A DNA stretch of 64,000 bases from Azolla caroliniana (taxonomy: Eukaryota; Plantae; Polypodiophyta): contig JBHGNT010000004.1 in assembly GCA_043228905.1 (NCBI GenBank), forward strand, positions 23,932,001 through 23,996,000. Direction: 5' to 3'. Shown piece by piece: positions 62,305 to 64,000 of the stretch; position 1 is the first letter of the stretch; each line of letters opens with the position of its first letter. Both the position numbers and the translations under genes were made by a program. Below the pieces are notes generated by a model that saw only the letters and a program-made list of their open reading frames with translations, ran no database searches and had not been told where the DNA came from.

Positions 62305-63423
62305 ATGGAGTCTGTGAGCAAACAAGAATACATGCGTGTTCTTTCTGAGCTCGACATGCTCACGAATAAATTTGTGGCATTAGAGCATGAGAATCAAAGG
62401 CTACTTGGAGATCTACAACTGTACGTGAGCGCCGAAAAAGCTCAACAATATGAAGAGTTATCACAGCGGGTTCATCAACTTGAGGCGACTATATTGTCAT
62501 TACGAGAGCAAGCGTCGGGGGCTCAGAACTCCCCTAGAGAGCCAAAGATCAGCCTCCTTGCCAAGTTTGATGGTACGAGGTCTTTATTTCGAGGCTTTTT
62601 GAATCAAGTTTGTCTAGTTATTCAGCTACATCCCAATCGGTATCCAACGGATGCTGCTCGTGTGGGATTAGTGGGAACTTTGCTATGCGGTACGGCGTTA
62701 GCATGGTTCACACCACTTCTCGAGAAGAAATCACCATTGCTGGAGGATTTCGAGGCATTTGTTAAAGAGTTTCAAGCTAGTTTCGGAGACACCGACAGCA
62801 CTAGGACAACGATAAACAAGATTCGAAGGCTCCGACAAGGAGATCGTCTCGCGTCGTCTTATGCAGCCGAGTTTCGTCTCTTGGCATGCGATATCCCTTG
62901 GGATGAGGCAGCTTTAATGGATCAATTCCGTCAAGGTTTGAGAAATGATGTCAAAGATCTTCTTCTTACTTTCCCTAAAGATCCGAAGTCACTTACAGAA
63001 GCCATTAGTCGAGCTGTGCGATGTGATAATCGCCTATTTGAGCGACGTTCTGAGCGCCAAAAAATGTTACGCCGCCAACCTGAGCAGACTTACGCTTCCG
63101 TAGTCGCAACGCCTTCTAGACCCATTACAAGGGATGTCCCAACTCCGATGGAAATAGAGTCAACACAACGTCGTGGGCCGTTATCAGATGCTGAGAAGCA
63201 ACGACGTCGAGCGCATCGCCTCTGCCTGTATTGTGGCGGTCCAGGACATATAGTTGTAAATTGTCCACATAAACCTAGGCGTCAAGTATACCAAGTAAGT
63301 GCCCATGAAAACCCTACATTGAGTTCTATTGTTACTTCTAATAACATAAATAAGTCTTATAGTCCATGTCATGAGAATAGATTCGATGTCTTGAGTCAAT
63401 TAGAGGATGTGTTAAACGAGTAA
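62305..63423 (+). CDS. Gypsy gag (sushi/PEG10-like capsid plus CCHC knuckle)
   Basis: PKISLLAKFDG, LRQGDR..SYAAEFR, FRQGLRNDVKD, PTPMEIE, CLYCGGPGHIVVNC. Confidence 0.9.
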   Translation: MESVSKQEYMRVLSELDMLTNKFVALEHENQRLLGDLQLYVSAEKAQQYEELSQRVHQLEATILSLREQASGAQNSPREPKISLLAKFDGTRSLFRGFLNQVCLVIQLHPNRYPTDAARVGLVGTLLCGTALAWFTPLLEKKSPLLEDFEAFVKEFQASFGDTDSTRTTINKIRRLRQGDRLASSYAAEFRLLACDIPWDEAALMDQFRQGLRNDVKDLLLTFPKDPKSLTEAISRAVRCDNRLFERRSERQKMLRRQPEQTYASVVATPSRPITRDVPTPMEIESTQRRGPLSDAEKQRRRAHRLCLYCGGPGHIVVNCPHKPRRQVYQVSAHENPTLSSIVTSNNINKSYSPCHENRFDVLSQLEDVLNE

Positions 63424-64000
63424 GTCCGGCCAAAATAGGAGCCATTTGGCTGGACCATCCTAGCTATGTAGAGTTAGTTCCTAGTCGTGGTTCCATTTCA
63501 TCAAATCAAGTGAGTCGAGTTTTTTCAGCACAAGTCGAGCTTACCACATCTACATGTCATCGAGTCCTAGCCTCTGCCCTTCTAGATTCTGGAGCCAACT
63601 CTTGTTTCATGGATCGTGAATTTGCCTTGTCACAAAACATCCTCTTATATAAGCTTCCTAGCCCAGTAGCCGTAGGAGTCATTGATGGACGTCCCATAGT
63701 ATCAAGAGATATAGTCGAGGAGTCCGAGCCAATTAGGATAGTTCTTGGCAATTTGGCAAGCATAATCTCTTTCAATATTATTCGTAGTCCGGACCACCCA
63801 ATAGTTCTAGGTCTCCCCTGGTTTGAACTCCATAACCTGAAGATTGATTGGATGAAAAGAACAATTGAGGAGACCCGGGAAAAAAGCACAAATCCCGCAT
63901 CCCTCTCTCCTACATGTGCTAATAGATCCCCAGAGTTATCGCCCATCTCTTTACGACAGTTGCAGGAGGAAGGGGGGAACGAGGCCATGTTCGTCTTCGC
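63417..64000 (+). CDS. Gypsy pol N-terminus (aspartic protease), reached by -1 frameshift; partial
   Basis: The -1 frame is open from the slippery site through ALLDSGANSCFMD...IVLGLPWFELHN. Confidence 0.8.

Larger units (their letters stand above)
61746..64000 (+). mobile_element. Ty3/Gypsy chromovirus (Tf1/sushi, Tcn1-like): 5' LTR, gag and start of pol; runs off the window
   Basis: LTR 61746-62216 (TATCA...TGATA, mutated TG/CA); non-tRNA PBS TTGAACCAATTT; gag 62305-63423; protease LLDSGANSCFM in the -1 frame. Confidence 0.93.

Overview
This is a TE-rich land-plant nuclear region. A non-seed plant such as a fern is inferred from the Tcn1-like chromoviruses but is not proven. Four intron-containing host genes can be reconstructed: an MBD-domain protein with N-terminal DLN/EAR-like motifs (minus strand, runs off the left edge), ERG28 (+), a 14-exon vacuolar class I NHX Na+,K+/H+ antiporter (+, one GC-AG intron) and a 3-exon VIT1 vacuolar iron transporter (-). 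Most of the remainder is nested mobile DNA. An L1-clade LINE sits in a (TC)n tract inside a probable ERG28 5' intron and is interrupted by a 5'-truncated chromovirus. A decayed Copia carries a young intact Copia in its 3' LTR. hAT MITEs with 8-bp TSDs are nested in an LTR in NHX intron 1, and a second LINE is interrupted by a Gypsy that runs off the right edge. The most notable system is the chromovirus family, seen as three LTR copies. It combines a Tf1-type self-priming PBS, perfect heat-shock elements, an antisense tRNA/SINE-like Pol III module in U3 and a -1 frameshift signal with a candidate pseudoknot. All coordinates were read by eye and may be off by a few bases.
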